From an uncultured Desulfobacter sp. (GTDB lineage Bacteria > Desulfobacterota > Desulfobacteria > Desulfobacterales > Desulfobacteraceae), in the NCBI GenBank assembly GCA_963665095.1, contig OY762069.1, forward strand, positions 864,001 through 928,000: DNA of 64,000 bases, in the 5' to 3' direction. Positions 41,917 to 54,660 of the stretch are shown piece by piece (positions within the stretch are counted from its first letter, which is position 1; each line of letters opens with the position of its first letter). The position numbers and the translations under genes were made by a program. The notes below the pieces were generated by a model. The model did no database searches. It saw only the letters and a list, made by a program, of their open reading frames with translations, and was not told where the DNA came from.

Positions 41917-43341
41917 ATGTTGGATATCCAACCGAAAATTCAGGTCATGACGCCGGACCAGATCCGGAAGGTGCACCAGGATGCCCTGAAAGTGCTCATC
42001 CGGACCGGGGTTCTTGTGGATGATCCCAAAGCCCGCCAGGTGTTTGAAAAAGCAGTGGGCCCCATAGGGGAGGACCACCGGGTTCGGATTCCCGAGGATC
42101 TGGTTCAATGGGCCATTGATGCGGCACCGTCTAAAATCAGCATCTATGATCGTTTTGGAGAACCCTGCTTTGATCTGGACGGCACTGGCAATGCAGACAC
42201 GGTTTTCGGCATCGGTGTCACCAACCTGCAGTACCAGGATCCCGCCACAGGAACCATTGCGCCTTTTACCCGGGCCAACATGGCAAGCACCGCAGGCCTC
42301 TGCAACAGCCTTGACGGGTTTGACTTTCTCTCCACTCCGGGCATTATTCAGGACATGCCGGCCATGGAGGCGGACCAATACGGCGTGCTGGAGATGATGG
42401 CCAACACCAAGAAACCAATTGTGATGCTGATCTCGGACTGGGAAGGGTTCATCCCGGCCCTGGCGCTTGCAGAACATTTAAGTCCCAATCTTTGCGAGCG
42501 ACCCTGGCTGATTCCCTATCTCAATCCAATTACGCCGTTGACTTTGAACACAGAGACGGCCATGAAGATGGAGGCGGCCATTGAACGGGGGCTTCCCATT
42601 ATCTTTTCCAACTACGGCATGTCCGGTGCCACCTGTCCCATCACCCCTGCCGGAACCCTGGTGCTTTTAACTGCTGAACTGCTCATGGGCCTTGTTTACA
42701 GCCAGCTGCTCAAGGAGGGCGCCCCCATTATCCTTGGCAGCCTGCCCGCTGCCTTTGACATGCGCCAGGCCGGCAGTTTTTACTCCCCGCACACCCTGCT
42801 GCTCAACCTGGCCTGTGCAGAAATGATGGCCCACTACGGCGTTCCCCACTGCGGCACTTCAGGCAGCAGCAATGGCTGGGGCGCGGATCTTCTGTCCGCC
42901 ACCACCCTTTGCACCAACCACATCACCAGCTGCCTGGGCAAGGTGGGCATGGTTCCCTTTGTGGGCGGCTGTTTTGACTCCATTGTCTTCTCCCCGGAGA
43001 TGGTGGTCTATGCCGATGATTTTATCTGCCAGTCCGAAACCTTTGCCCACGGCTTCTCTATAGATGATGAGATGGTGGGTCTGGACGACATTGATATGCT
43101 GGGGCCCAAGGGCAACTATCTGATGGCAGCGCTTACGGGGAAATTTTTTAAATCCTCCCAGTTCCCCACCAAAATCTGGCCCTTTCTCTCCATTGATAAA
43201 TGGAAAAAAAGAGAAGAACCAAGCGCGGCCCGGGTATTAAAGGAGAAAACCTGCCACCTGCTTGAGAATCTGACATTACCGGAGGATCACGAGGCGCTGC
43301 TGACCAAAGGAGAGTCCTTTTTAAAGAATAGAAAACATTGA
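41917..43341 (+). CDS. Non-pyrrolysine MttB-superfamily methyltransferase (quaternary amine or other methyl donor)
   Basis: MttB-like N-terminus, NPITPL, GATCPITPAGTL and KEGAPIILG motifs; no internal TAG; PHCGTSG-S-SNG at the approximate Pyl position. Confidence 0.9.
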   Translation: MLDIQPKIQVMTPDQIRKVHQDALKVLIRTGVLVDDPKARQVFEKAVGPIGEDHRVRIPEDLVQWAIDAAPSKISIYDRFGEPCFDLDGTGNADTVFGIGVTNLQYQDPATGTIAPFTRANMASTAGLCNSLDGFDFLSTPGIIQDMPAMEADQYGVLEMMANTKKPIVMLISDWEGFIPALALAEHLSPNLCERPWLIPYLNPITPLTLNTETAMKMEAAIERGLPIIFSNYGMSGATCPITPAGTLVLLTAELLMGLVYSQLLKEGAPIILGSLPAAFDMRQAGSFYSPHTLLLNLACAEMMAHYGVPHCGTSGSSNGWGADLLSATTLCTNHITSCLGKVGMVPFVGGCFDSIVFSPEMVVYADDFICQSETFAHGFSIDDEMVGLDDIDMLGPKGNYLMAALTGKFFKSSQFPTKIWPFLSIDKWKKREEPSAARVLKEKTCHLLENLTLPEDHEALLTKGESFLKNRKH

Positions 43342-46139
43342 AAAAAAAGATATACATCATTGCCTGCGCCGTCCTGGCCGTGGACATCCGCCGTATGGCG
43401 GACGAGCTGGGTCTTGACTGTGAGACGAGATTTCTGGAGGCCGGCCTGCACAACAATCCCAAATTGTTGCAGACCCGCCTCCAGGCCGCCATTGATGAAA
43501 TTTCAGCAAAAAATGACGGGGATCGGATCATTGTGGGGTACGGGGTCTGCGGTAAGGGCACCATCGGGGTCAGGGCACACGGGACCCCTTTGGTCATCCC
43601 CAAGGTGCATGACTGTATCTCCTTATTCCTGGGCGGCGACCGTGCCTATAAAGAGCAGTTCTGGAAAAATCCGGGCACCTATTATCTTTCTTCCGGCTGG
43701 TGTGATGAAAATTTTGAACCCATGTCCGAGAGAAGGCAGCGGGCCTGGTTTGGATCTGAAGAGTTCCGGTTTGATGACCTTGTCAAGACCCATGGGGAAA
43801 AAACAGCTGTCACCACATTTGAATTTCTGAACACCTGGCAGAAAAACTACAAACGGGTGGTCTTTATTGAAACCGGGGCTAAAAAGTCCGGAAGGTATGA
43901 AGCCTATGCAAAGGAGATGGCCCGGGAATACAACTGGGAATATGAAAAAATCCAGGGAGATCCGGGCCTGATACGAAAATTGCTGGCTGCGGACAAATCC
44001 ACCCGGGAGATTTTGCTGGTGCCCCCGGAACATGTCATTGAATTTGACGCCATTACCTCCACCTTGTCTGCCCATCCTGTCTGGGCGGACCAGGCTGTTT
44101 CCAAAGAATCTGAAAGCCTGGTTGTTGAATTATCCGGGGAGGCATCGGAACAGGCCCCAATGATCCGCTACGGCCTTGGCATTGATGCCGGCGGCACTTA
44201 CACCGATGCTGTTATTTACGATTTAAAGGAAAAAACAACCATCACCAAAGCCAAGGCGCTGACCACCCGGTGGGATTTTACCGTGGGCATTGATAACGCC
44301 CTGAAGCATCTGGATCAGGCGCATCTTGGCGCAGTGGAGCTGGTGGCGCTGTCCACCACCCTGGCCACCAATGCCATAGTGGAAAACGAAGGCCAGAAAA
44401 CCGGCATGATTCTTATGCCGCCCATGGGCCAGGCAGACAATATCGATTATGCCCCAAAGGCAGTGATCAAAGGCGCGCTGGATATCTCCGGCAGGGAAAA
44501 GGAATCCATTGATCCGGACCAGGTCCGGCGTATTGCGGATAAAATGGTTAAGACACAGGACGTTACAGCCTTTGCCGTGTCCGGATATGGCGGGGCCATT
44601 AACCCGGCCCATGAGCTGGCGGTCAAGGAGATCATCCAGGCCCACACCGGGTGCTTTGTCTCCTGCGGCCATGAGCTCTCCGATACCTTGAACTTCAAGA
44701 CCCGGGCGGTCACCGCCATGTTCAATGCCAGGATTATTCCCCGGCTTAAAAGCCTTTTGACGGATCTTGAAAACGTCATGAAAGATTTTAGCATCAAAGC
44801 CCCCGTGGTTGTGGTCAAGGGGGACGGCACACTGATGAGCAGCCACCTGGCCAAACAGCGGCCCGTGGAGACGGTGCTGTCCGGGCCGGCCGCTTCCGTG
44901 GCCGGGGCCAGACACCTGACAGGACTTGCCGATGCCCTGGTGGTGGACATGGGCGGCACCACAACCGATACCGCGGCCCTTTGCGACGGCCAGGTGAGCC
45001 TGAATGAAAAAGGCTCCACTGTGGGGGGACGGCGCACCCATGTCAAGGCTTTGGAGATCCGCACCGAAGGGTTGGGGGGAGACAGCATCATTGCTTTCCA
45101 GGCAGGTATGTTTACCCTTGGTCCCAGACGGGTGGCCCCGGTTTCCTGGATCGCCCATACCCAGCCCACAATCGAAAAAGCCCTGGGTTATTTAGGCAGC
45201 AACCTGAACCGGTTTTCGACATCCACCCGGAAAATGCAGATTGTGGCATTGACCGGCTCCCGAAAAAGGCTTTCCTTTACGCCCATGGAGGAGAAAATCC
45301 TTGGGCTGCTTCAGGAACGGCCCCTGAGCCTTGATGAACTGGTCATTAAAACCGGTGTGTATACAGATAAAACCCTGCCCCTGGACCGGCTGGAGGAAAA
45401 CTTTCTCATCCAGCGCTGCGGCCTTACGCCGACAGATTTGCTTCACATAACCGGTCAGTTTGTTAAATGGGATACCCCGGCAGCCCGAAAGATGGCCCAA
45501 TTTTTTGCCGATCTGTGCGGAAAAGAGACAACCGGGCTGATCAGCGACCTGCTTGATATGTGCACCCGAAGGCTTGCCACAGAGTTGTTGAAACGGCAGC
45601 TGGATGATCAGGTTAATCCTGAGAGCTTAGACACCTGCCCGGTATGCAGAATAATGATGGACAACCTTTTAGAGGAAAAGTCTAAGGATTTTAAGGTATC
45701 CGTCACCCTGAACCGACCGGTCATCGGCATTGGCGCCCCTATAAAATTCTTTCTTCCCCGGGCAGTCCGGTATCTGGGCACCCAGGCGGTTCTGCCGGAA
45801 AACGCCGACGTGGCCAATGCCATCGGCACCATTACCTCCAATGTGAGTATTAAAAAACAGCTCAGGATCATTCCCGGAACCATGGGGGGATTCACCGTGG
45901 AGGGCGTTGCAAACAGTCCCGGTTTTGTAGATTTTCAGGGTGCCGACCTTTTTGCCCGGGAAGCGCTTGCCCGGATCATCCGGGAACGGGCCCGCGAAGC
46001 CGGCTCTTCGGCCACCAGAGTGGATATTCAGGTCCAAGACCAGCTTTCCCATACCACGTCCGGGGGCGTCCTGTTCCTGGGTCGGATCCTTAAGGGCTCT
46101 TTGACAGGCCGGCCTGATCTTGTGATCAATGGGGAATGA
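43338..46139 (+). CDS. DUF1638 + hydantoinase A/oxoprolinase (actin-like ATPase) fusion protein
   Basis: AGLHNNP, GYGVCG, HDCISLFLGG and GTYYLSSGW (DUF1638); GIDAGGTYTD, STTLATNA, SGPAAS, DMGGTTTD and GLGGDS (HyuA). Confidence 0.88.
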   Translation: MKKKIYIIACAVLAVDIRRMADELGLDCETRFLEAGLHNNPKLLQTRLQAAIDEISAKNDGDRIIVGYGVCGKGTIGVRAHGTPLVIPKVHDCISLFLGGDRAYKEQFWKNPGTYYLSSGWCDENFEPMSERRQRAWFGSEEFRFDDLVKTHGEKTAVTTFEFLNTWQKNYKRVVFIETGAKKSGRYEAYAKEMAREYNWEYEKIQGDPGLIRKLLAADKSTREILLVPPEHVIEFDAITSTLSAHPVWADQAVSKESESLVVELSGEASEQAPMIRYGLGIDAGGTYTDAVIYDLKEKTTITKAKALTTRWDFTVGIDNALKHLDQAHLGAVELVALSTTLATNAIVENEGQKTGMILMPPMGQADNIDYAPKAVIKGALDISGREKESIDPDQVRRIADKMVKTQDVTAFAVSGYGGAINPAHELAVKEIIQAHTGCFVSCGHELSDTLNFKTRAVTAMFNARIIPRLKSLLTDLENVMKDFSIKAPVVVVKGDGTLMSSHLAKQRPVETVLSGPAASVAGARHLTGLADALVVDMGGTTTDTAALCDGQVSLNEKGSTVGGRRTHVKALEIRTEGLGGDSIIAFQAGMFTLGPRRVAPVSWIAHTQPTIEKALGYLGSNLNRFSTSTRKMQIVALTGSRKRLSFTPMEEKILGLLQERPLSLDELVIKTGVYTDKTLPLDRLEENFLIQRCGLTPTDLLHITGQFVKWDTPAARKMAQFFADLCGKETTGLISDLLDMCTRRLATELLKRQLDDQVNPESLDTCPVCRIMMDNLLEEKSKDFKVSVTLNRPVIGIGAPIKFFLPRAVRYLGTQAVLPENADVANAIGTITSNVSIKKQLRIIPGTMGGFTVEGVANSPGFVDFQGADLFAREALARIIRERAREAGSSATRVDIQVQDQLSHTTSGGVLFLGRILKGSLTGRPDLVINGE

Positions 46140-46165
46140 GACGGTTCATCAGGATCTTTTTGAGA

Positions 46166-47560
46166 TTACAACCCGTCCAGAGGGCTTTTCACGCCTTTTC
46201 CACCGCGATTGAGGACATGAGTATAAATCATGGTTGTGGAAACATCTGCATGACCGAGCAGTTCCTGAACCGTGCGGATATCATAACCGCCTTCCAGAAG
46301 ATGTGTGGCAAAGCTGTGACGAAGGGCATGACAGTTCACTCGTTTGGCAATATTGGCCGCAGAAGCCGCCTTTTTTACCGCTTTTTGGAGACCGTTTTCG
46401 TGGATATGGTGGCGGCGGGTCTTTCCACTTTTGGGGTCAACCGAGAGCCGGCCGCTGGGGAAAACATACTGCCACGCCCACTCCTTCGGGGCATTGGGGG
46501 ATTTCCTTTCAAGCGCATAGGGAAGGGATACCCCGCCACAACCTTCTTCCAGGTCTTTCTCATGAACCTCGCGTACCTGCTCAAGATGCACCTGAAGCTC
46601 GCCGGCAAGCCGTTCCGGCAAAGGAACCACACGATCCTTTTTCCCTTTTCCGTCCCTGATAATAATCTGATGGTATTCAAAATCAAGATCCTGGACCCTG
46701 AGCCGGACACAGTCCATCAGCCGCATACCCGTGCCATAAAGCAGGGAGGCCATCAGCTTCTGCCGGCCCTCCATGTGGTCGAGCAGTCTTGCCACCTCAT
46801 TCCTGGTCAACACTACGGGCACCCGCCTGGGCCGTTTGGCACGTACAAAATCCCCGATATCGCCCAAAGGCTGTTTTAAAACCTTGTCATAAAAGAAGAC
46901 CAGGGCATTCAACGCCTGATTCTGAGTACTTACCGCAACATTTCTCTGAACAGCCAGGTGCTGGAGGAAACTGACAACCTCTGCACTGCCAAGCCCGGCC
47001 GGTGCCCGGTTGCCGCAAAACAGGATAAATCGCGCCACCCATGATTCATAAGACTGCTCAGTTCGTATGGAGTATCCTTTTGTCCGCAACTTCACCAGCA
47101 ACTGTTCCAGGATATCTGAATGGTGCTTCCTTACATCAGCAAGCTTTGAGTGTTTTATATTTGCCAGGTGATCAATGGTTTCCTTGGCCGAAGCAGTCAC
47201 GGCAACCGTGGGGTGGGTTTCTGTCAAAGAAACAGCTGAATCCATCCAGAATTTCCAGTCCACCTCCGGCAGCCAGGCCACACCCAGCATGGCAAACAAA
47301 TTCTGTATAGCATCGACCATCTGCCGGAACTGCCAGTCCTCGAGCCCCTTTGTTCTCCCCTGCTGTTCCAGGTAGGAAGCCACCTCTTCCGGTCCGTGTT
47401 CAGCCAGGCGAAGGTCAGGATATGCCTTGATATACTGCTCGGCCCGGATCACATACCACCTGGAGACATTACTTTTAATACCAATATGTTCCAGACGGTT
47501 TATGTAATTATCCCAAAACCGTTTTATCCCATTTTCCTGTGTTGATTTTCGCTGATTCAT
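46166..47560 (-). CDS. intI: Integron integrase, long form (464 aa)
   Basis: Tyrosine recombinase R-K-H-xxR-H-Y ([20 protein letters not shown]) plus the IntI-specific insertion [24 protein letters not shown]. Confidence 0.96.
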   Translation of the reverse strand: MNQRKSTQENGIKRFWDNYINRLEHIGIKSNVSRWYVIRAEQYIKAYPDLRLAEHGPEEVASYLEQQGRTKGLEDWQFRQMVDAIQNLFAMLGVAWLPEVDWKFWMDSAVSLTETHPTVAVTASAKETIDHLANIKHSKLADVRKHHSDILEQLLVKLRTKGYSIRTEQSYESWVARFILFCGNRAPAGLGSAEVVSFLQHLAVQRNVAVSTQNQALNALVFFYDKVLKQPLGDIGDFVRAKRPRRVPVVLTRNEVARLLDHMEGRQKLMASLLYGTGMRLMDCVRLRVQDLDFEYHQIIIRDGKGKKDRVVPLPERLAGELQVHLEQVREVHEKDLEEGCGGVSLPYALERKSPNAPKEWAWQYVFPSGRLSVDPKSGKTRRHHIHENGLQKAVKKAASAANIAKRVNCHALRHSFATHLLEGGYDIRTVQELLGHADVSTTMIYTHVLNRGGKGVKSPLDGL

Positions 47561-47634
47561 GTGGTAGGTACCCCTTATATGTTTCAGGGCAATTTTTATT
47601 GTGTAAAATAATACACAAAGTTTTCTTTAATTTC

Positions 47635-47692
47635 AATAGGCAGAATCCGCCTATCACCATATCGGCCCATTCTGTCTATTTCACTGTTAGCT
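47635..47692 (+). other. Putative attI site
   Basis: GTTAGCT at 47686 is complementary to first cassette R'' AGCTAAC; upstream inverted repeat AATAGGCAGAAT / ATTCTGTCTATT. Confidence 0.7.
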
Positions 47693-47708
47693 AATTCAGA
47701 GAGTAAGT

Positions 47709-48533
47709 ATGCCCATAATTATCAGGACAGCTTTCAATAATCAGGAATGGAGTGGTCACTGCCAACACGCAGACCGGGACAGGAGGCTGTTTCAATGCAA
47801 AAACGATGTTGTCAAAACAGGATATAAAATCAACAAAAAAGGGGTATGCCAAGCTACTTGTTGGGAATCTACATTATGCACGGAATATTGGTGGCAAAGT
47901 GCTGTAGGCGAGTTCAGCGAAAGAGCAGAAGGAAAAGCATATTTTGTTTATAGAGATATCGACAGCACATTAGTATTATGGGGTCGTTCAATAATCACAG
48001 AAAGAGACGGTAGCTATCTTTACTTCAAAAAGTTCACGCCACTGAACGAGAAAAAAGCAATTAAAGGCATTAGCTATAAGGAACTTGAAAGTATTGGTGT
48101 GCCAGGCTGGGGAGCAGGAACATTTAGGTACATTAGTGAGGAAACAGCAGATTTGCTAGACACAATCATTAAAGAAGGGAGCTACTATTTTGATGACCCA
48201 GCAGAACCTTTTTCTGATATCGAAGGCAGAAGAAATTTTAGAAAGCATTTGAAACTAGAAAGGTCGTCGCGCTTAGTTAAAGAGTTCAAAGCATCGCTAT
48301 CTAATTACAAGTGTGAAGTATGCGGATTCGATTTCGGTGAAAAATATGGGCAGCTTGGTTATGGTTTTATCGAGGCTCATCACAACAAACCACTTGCATC
48401 ATTAGAAAATCAAACAATAACGACTATTAACGATTTGTCAGCGTTGTGTTCAAACTGCCATAGAATGCTGCACCGAAGTAATCCGCCAATTAGCATCAAA
48501 GAGTTGGCGAAGTTAATGAAAGAACATAGCTAA
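47709..48533 (+). CDS. Cassette 1: HNH endonuclease (restriction-like)
   Basis: EG...H...ERS, CEVCGFDF, FIEAHH and LCSNCHRMLH motifs. Confidence 0.88.
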   Translation: MPIIIRTAFNNQEWSGHCQHADRDRRLFQCKNDVVKTGYKINKKGVCQATCWESTLCTEYWWQSAVGEFSERAEGKAYFVYRDIDSTLVLWGRSIITERDGSYLYFKKFTPLNEKKAIKGISYKELESIGVPGWGAGTFRYISEETADLLDTIIKEGSYYFDDPAEPFSDIEGRRNFRKHLKLERSSRLVKEFKASLSNYKCEVCGFDFGEKYGQLGYGFIEAHHNKPLASLENQTITTINDLSALCSNCHRMLHRSNPPISIKELAKLMKEHS

Positions 48534-48584
48534 CACGGCATTGCACCGGACTCGCGGAGCTCGCCGGTGAATTTAACGTTAGCT
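48528..48584 (+). repeat. attC (57 bp)
   Basis: AGCTAAC...ATTGCACCGG / CCGGTGAAT...GTTAGCT. Confidence 0.92.
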
Positions 48585-48607
48585 CACAAAAAACAAAAGG
48601 AGAAGAA

Positions 48608-48970
48608 ATGAAAAAAGAAATTCAAATTGTTGTTAAAATAGATGTAAAAACTATTATTACCTCAATTTCAATATTAATGCTTGTTGTTGCTAGTTTATTG
48701 ATATTTAGAGAAGATATTGCTCATGCAAGAGAAGTGTATAAACGAAGCAATAATCCTATGGATTACCTGACAATAACTATGCAGAAAGATCAACAAAGTT
48801 TAACTGTAGTAAAACAAAACTTTGAACGTGAAGGAGGTCAATTGACACTTGAGCATCCTTTTGATGAAAGAAAAAATGTTCACCTTGATCTTTATGTGGA
48901 TGGAAACAAGAATACATTTTTTCGTATCCATTCTCGTAATGGGGTTATCTTTAAAAAGTTAATAGACTAA
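48608..48970 (+). CDS. Cassette 2: hypothetical membrane-anchored protein
   Basis: AAGGAG RBS; N-terminal TM segment; lies between attC sites. Confidence 0.75.
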   Translation: MKKEIQIVVKIDVKTIITSISILMLVVASLLIFREDIAHAREVYKRSNNPMDYLTITMQKDQQSLTVVKQNFEREGGQLTLEHPFDERKNVHLDLYVDGNKNTFFRIHSRNGVIFKKLID

Positions 48971-49045
48971 AAAGTTTTCCGGGGACATGATACTATTTTT
49001 GGCCAAGTGTTTTGGAAATAACGGCTTGAAAGTTAAAGATATTTT

Positions 49046-49177
49046 AGCTAACCAAACGCTTAACTTGACCGGGGGGGACTGAGCCGCTTTGAAATGATGT
49101 ATCTTCGATCAAAGATTTTGGTTTATTGAAAGCTTTTATCTGTTTGCCCCCCCCGGCAAGTTAGCTCCCCGATATAT
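49046..49177 (+). repeat. attC (long) whose R' box reads GATATAT
   Basis: AGCTAAC-5nt-GCTTAACTTGACCGGGGGGG...CCCCCCCGGCAAGTTAGC-5nt-GATATAT. Confidence 0.85.
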
Positions 49178-49342
49178 GGCTCAAGATTAACATGTCCTGC
49201 GATGAATCCCATTAGTATTGTTAAATCTGATGAGATTCGATTGGATTCAAGCATAGTGCAAGTGTGCAAGTATGCGTAACTTTGAAAATCATTATGGCTG
49301 ATAAGAAAATAGATCCATTGATCTTAAAAAACTGAGAGCTTT

Positions 49343-52369
<3,027 letters not shown>

Positions 52370-52380
52370 AGGCGGGAAAA

Positions 52381-54462
52381 ATGGCTGAAAATAAAGACCA
52401 GGCTAACAAGTTTGAGACGCTTCGTCAACAAGCCGAAGCGCTTATCAGAAATCAAACCGGTGTCATTCCAGAGACTCCTCCTGATATCCTCGACTTGATT
52501 CACGAACTCAGAATTCACCAGGCTGAACTCGAAATCCAGAATGAAGAGCTTCAGCGGGCACAACAGGAGATCTCTGACCTGCACAAGGAATACGAGAATT
52601 TATACGAGTTTGCACCGTGCGGTTACCTGACCCTCAATCATAAGGGCATCATCACCCACCTCAATCTGACAGGAAACCGCCTGCTTGATACACAACGAAA
52701 TCATGTGTCCAGAGTTGGGTTTTCACAATTCATTGATTTGGGGTGGAATGACGCCTACTTCTCTGCGCGTTCAAAGAGCGCCGAGACGGGCCGAAAGCAA
52801 AGCATCGAACTACCGATAAAAAGAAAAAATGACCCGCCTTTATGGGTTCAGGCCGAAATCCAGGCAGACCGCAACGAGGCGGATGAGGTTCTTCAATGGC
52901 GGATTGTGCTGTTGGACATCAGTGAAAAAAAGCAAGCGGTGGCAGCCCTTGAAAAAAGTGAAGCCAGATATCGCAAAATGATGGAGTCCATTTCCGACCC
53001 GCTGTATGTCTGCTCTCCAGATCAACGGGTTGAGTTCATAAATCCGGCAATGATTGAACGATTGGGAAGGGATGCCACCGGTGAAATTTGTTACCAGGCT
53101 ATTCACGACCTTGAGGAAACCTGCAATTGGTGCCCCTTTGATAAAGTCAGAAATGGAGAAACCATTGAAGAGAACATCGTCAGTCCTTTGGATAATCGAA
53201 ATTATCGCGCGACCCACATGCCGATTCTCAATGACGACCAGTCGGTTTCAAAGCTGACAATTTATAGAGACATCACGGATTTTCTAATGGCTCTGGAAGA
53301 GAAAGAAAAAGCCCAGGACAGATTGCAGCAGGCTCAGAAAATGGAATCCATCGGCAACCTGGCTGGCGGCGTTGCGCATGATTTCAACAATATATTATCC
53401 TCTGTCATCGGGTTTGCGGAACTTGCGCTCGACGATGTTGAACCCGGCAGCGCTTTAGAGGACAATTTGCATGAAATATACACAGCCGGGATAAGAGCCA
53501 AAGATATCGTCATGCAAATATTGACATTTGCCCGAAAAACCGACGAAAAGGTAAAGCCTGTCAGTATCGATAAAATTGCTAAAGACTCTCTCAGCTTGCT
53601 TCGGTCGTCCATACCCACTGATATTGAAATTGTTCAAAACATCAACACTGACGCATTGGTAGTTGGTAACCCATCCCTCTTACAGCAGGTGCTGTTAAAT
53701 CTTTCAAAGAACGCTGCGGACGCAATGGAAGATGATGGCGGCCGATTAGGAATAACTGTATCCGACGTTGCATTCGATGGAAAGGCTGCATCTGATCACG
53801 ACCTGTTAGGACCTGGTGACTATGTTCAAATAACCGTATCAGACACTGGGGTCGGCATCCCGCAGGATTCAATCCAATCTGTTTTTGAGCCGTACTATAC
53901 TACCAAAGGGTTAGGAAAAGGCACGGGCCTGGGGCTTGCTACCGTACACGGAACAGTAAAGAAATACGGTGGGGCGATTCATGTTGAAAGCCGATTAGGT
54001 GAAGGAACGAGTTTTACGGTTCTGTTGCCGGCCACCAAAAAGCGTGAGGCTACTAAACCGTATTTGCCTGAAGCACTGCCGAAAGGCAATGAAAGGATAC
54101 TGTTTGTGGATGACGAGTTGCCCATTGTGAAAATGTGCAGCCTGCTTCTTGAGCGTTTAGGTTATTCGGTGACAGCAAGAACCAGCAGCATAGAAGCGTT
54201 AGAACTGTTCCAAACGAAACCTGATGATTTCGATCTGGTCATAACTGATATGACGATGCCTGATCTGACCGGAGATAAACTGGCAGTTGAGTTGATGAAG
54301 ATTCGGCGGGATATTCCGGTGATTCTATGCACCGGCTACAGTAAAAAAATATCCGATGACACCGCCTCAGAAATAGGCATCAAGGCGTTCGCCTATAAAC
54401 CCATGGCTACGGCAGATTTAGCGAAAGCCATTCGGAAAGTGCTGGATGAAGCTAAAGGATAA
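52381..54462 (+). CDS. Cassette 3 gene 2: PAS hybrid sensor histidine kinase with receiver domain
   Basis: AHDFNN H-box, NAADAM, DTGVG, KGTGLGL; receiver VDD, DMTMP and KP. Confidence 0.94.
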   Translation: MAENKDQANKFETLRQQAEALIRNQTGVIPETPPDILDLIHELRIHQAELEIQNEELQRAQQEISDLHKEYENLYEFAPCGYLTLNHKGIITHLNLTGNRLLDTQRNHVSRVGFSQFIDLGWNDAYFSARSKSAETGRKQSIELPIKRKNDPPLWVQAEIQADRNEADEVLQWRIVLLDISEKKQAVAALEKSEARYRKMMESISDPLYVCSPDQRVEFINPAMIERLGRDATGEICYQAIHDLEETCNWCPFDKVRNGETIEENIVSPLDNRNYRATHMPILNDDQSVSKLTIYRDITDFLMALEEKEKAQDRLQQAQKMESIGNLAGGVAHDFNNILSSVIGFAELALDDVEPGSALEDNLHEIYTAGIRAKDIVMQILTFARKTDEKVKPVSIDKIAKDSLSLLRSSIPTDIEIVQNINTDALVVGNPSLLQQVLLNLSKNAADAMEDDGGRLGITVSDVAFDGKAASDHDLLGPGDYVQITVSDTGVGIPQDSIQSVFEPYYTTKGLGKGTGLGLATVHGTVKKYGGAIHVESRLGEGTSFTVLLPATKKREATKPYLPEALPKGNERILFVDDELPIVKMCSLLLERLGYSVTARTSSIEALELFQTKPDDFDLVITDMTMPDLTGDKLAVELMKIRRDIPVILCTGYSKKISDDTASEIGIKAFAYKPMATADLAKAIRKVLDEAKG

Positions 54463-54560
54463 AGTTGCACATAATTATCTTATTCTTGAGCTTTAAAGTC
54501 ATTAATTTTATCAACAATACCTGATGAATTGTGAAAGACTTAAAGCGATTACTATAAAAT

Positions 54561-54643
54561 GCCATATATCCAATCGGTCAACCGGACAACCAACCTTTCC
54601 GCTTCGCTACAAGGTTGGTTGCCGGTTACCTCAATCGTTGGCT
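54561..54643 (+). repeat. attC with non-canonical R'' (ATATATC)
   Basis: GCCATATATC-5nt-GGTCAACCGGACAACCAACCTT...AAGGTTGGTTGCCGGTTACC-GTTGGCT. Confidence 0.85.
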
Positions 54644-54660
54644 TTACAAAAAGGAACTCA

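Noticed and set aside
46136..46879. 247-aa plus-strand ORF
   Set aside because: Antisense shadow of intI; the same applies to long antisense ORFs such as 37407-38543, 15865-16635 and 44223-45158
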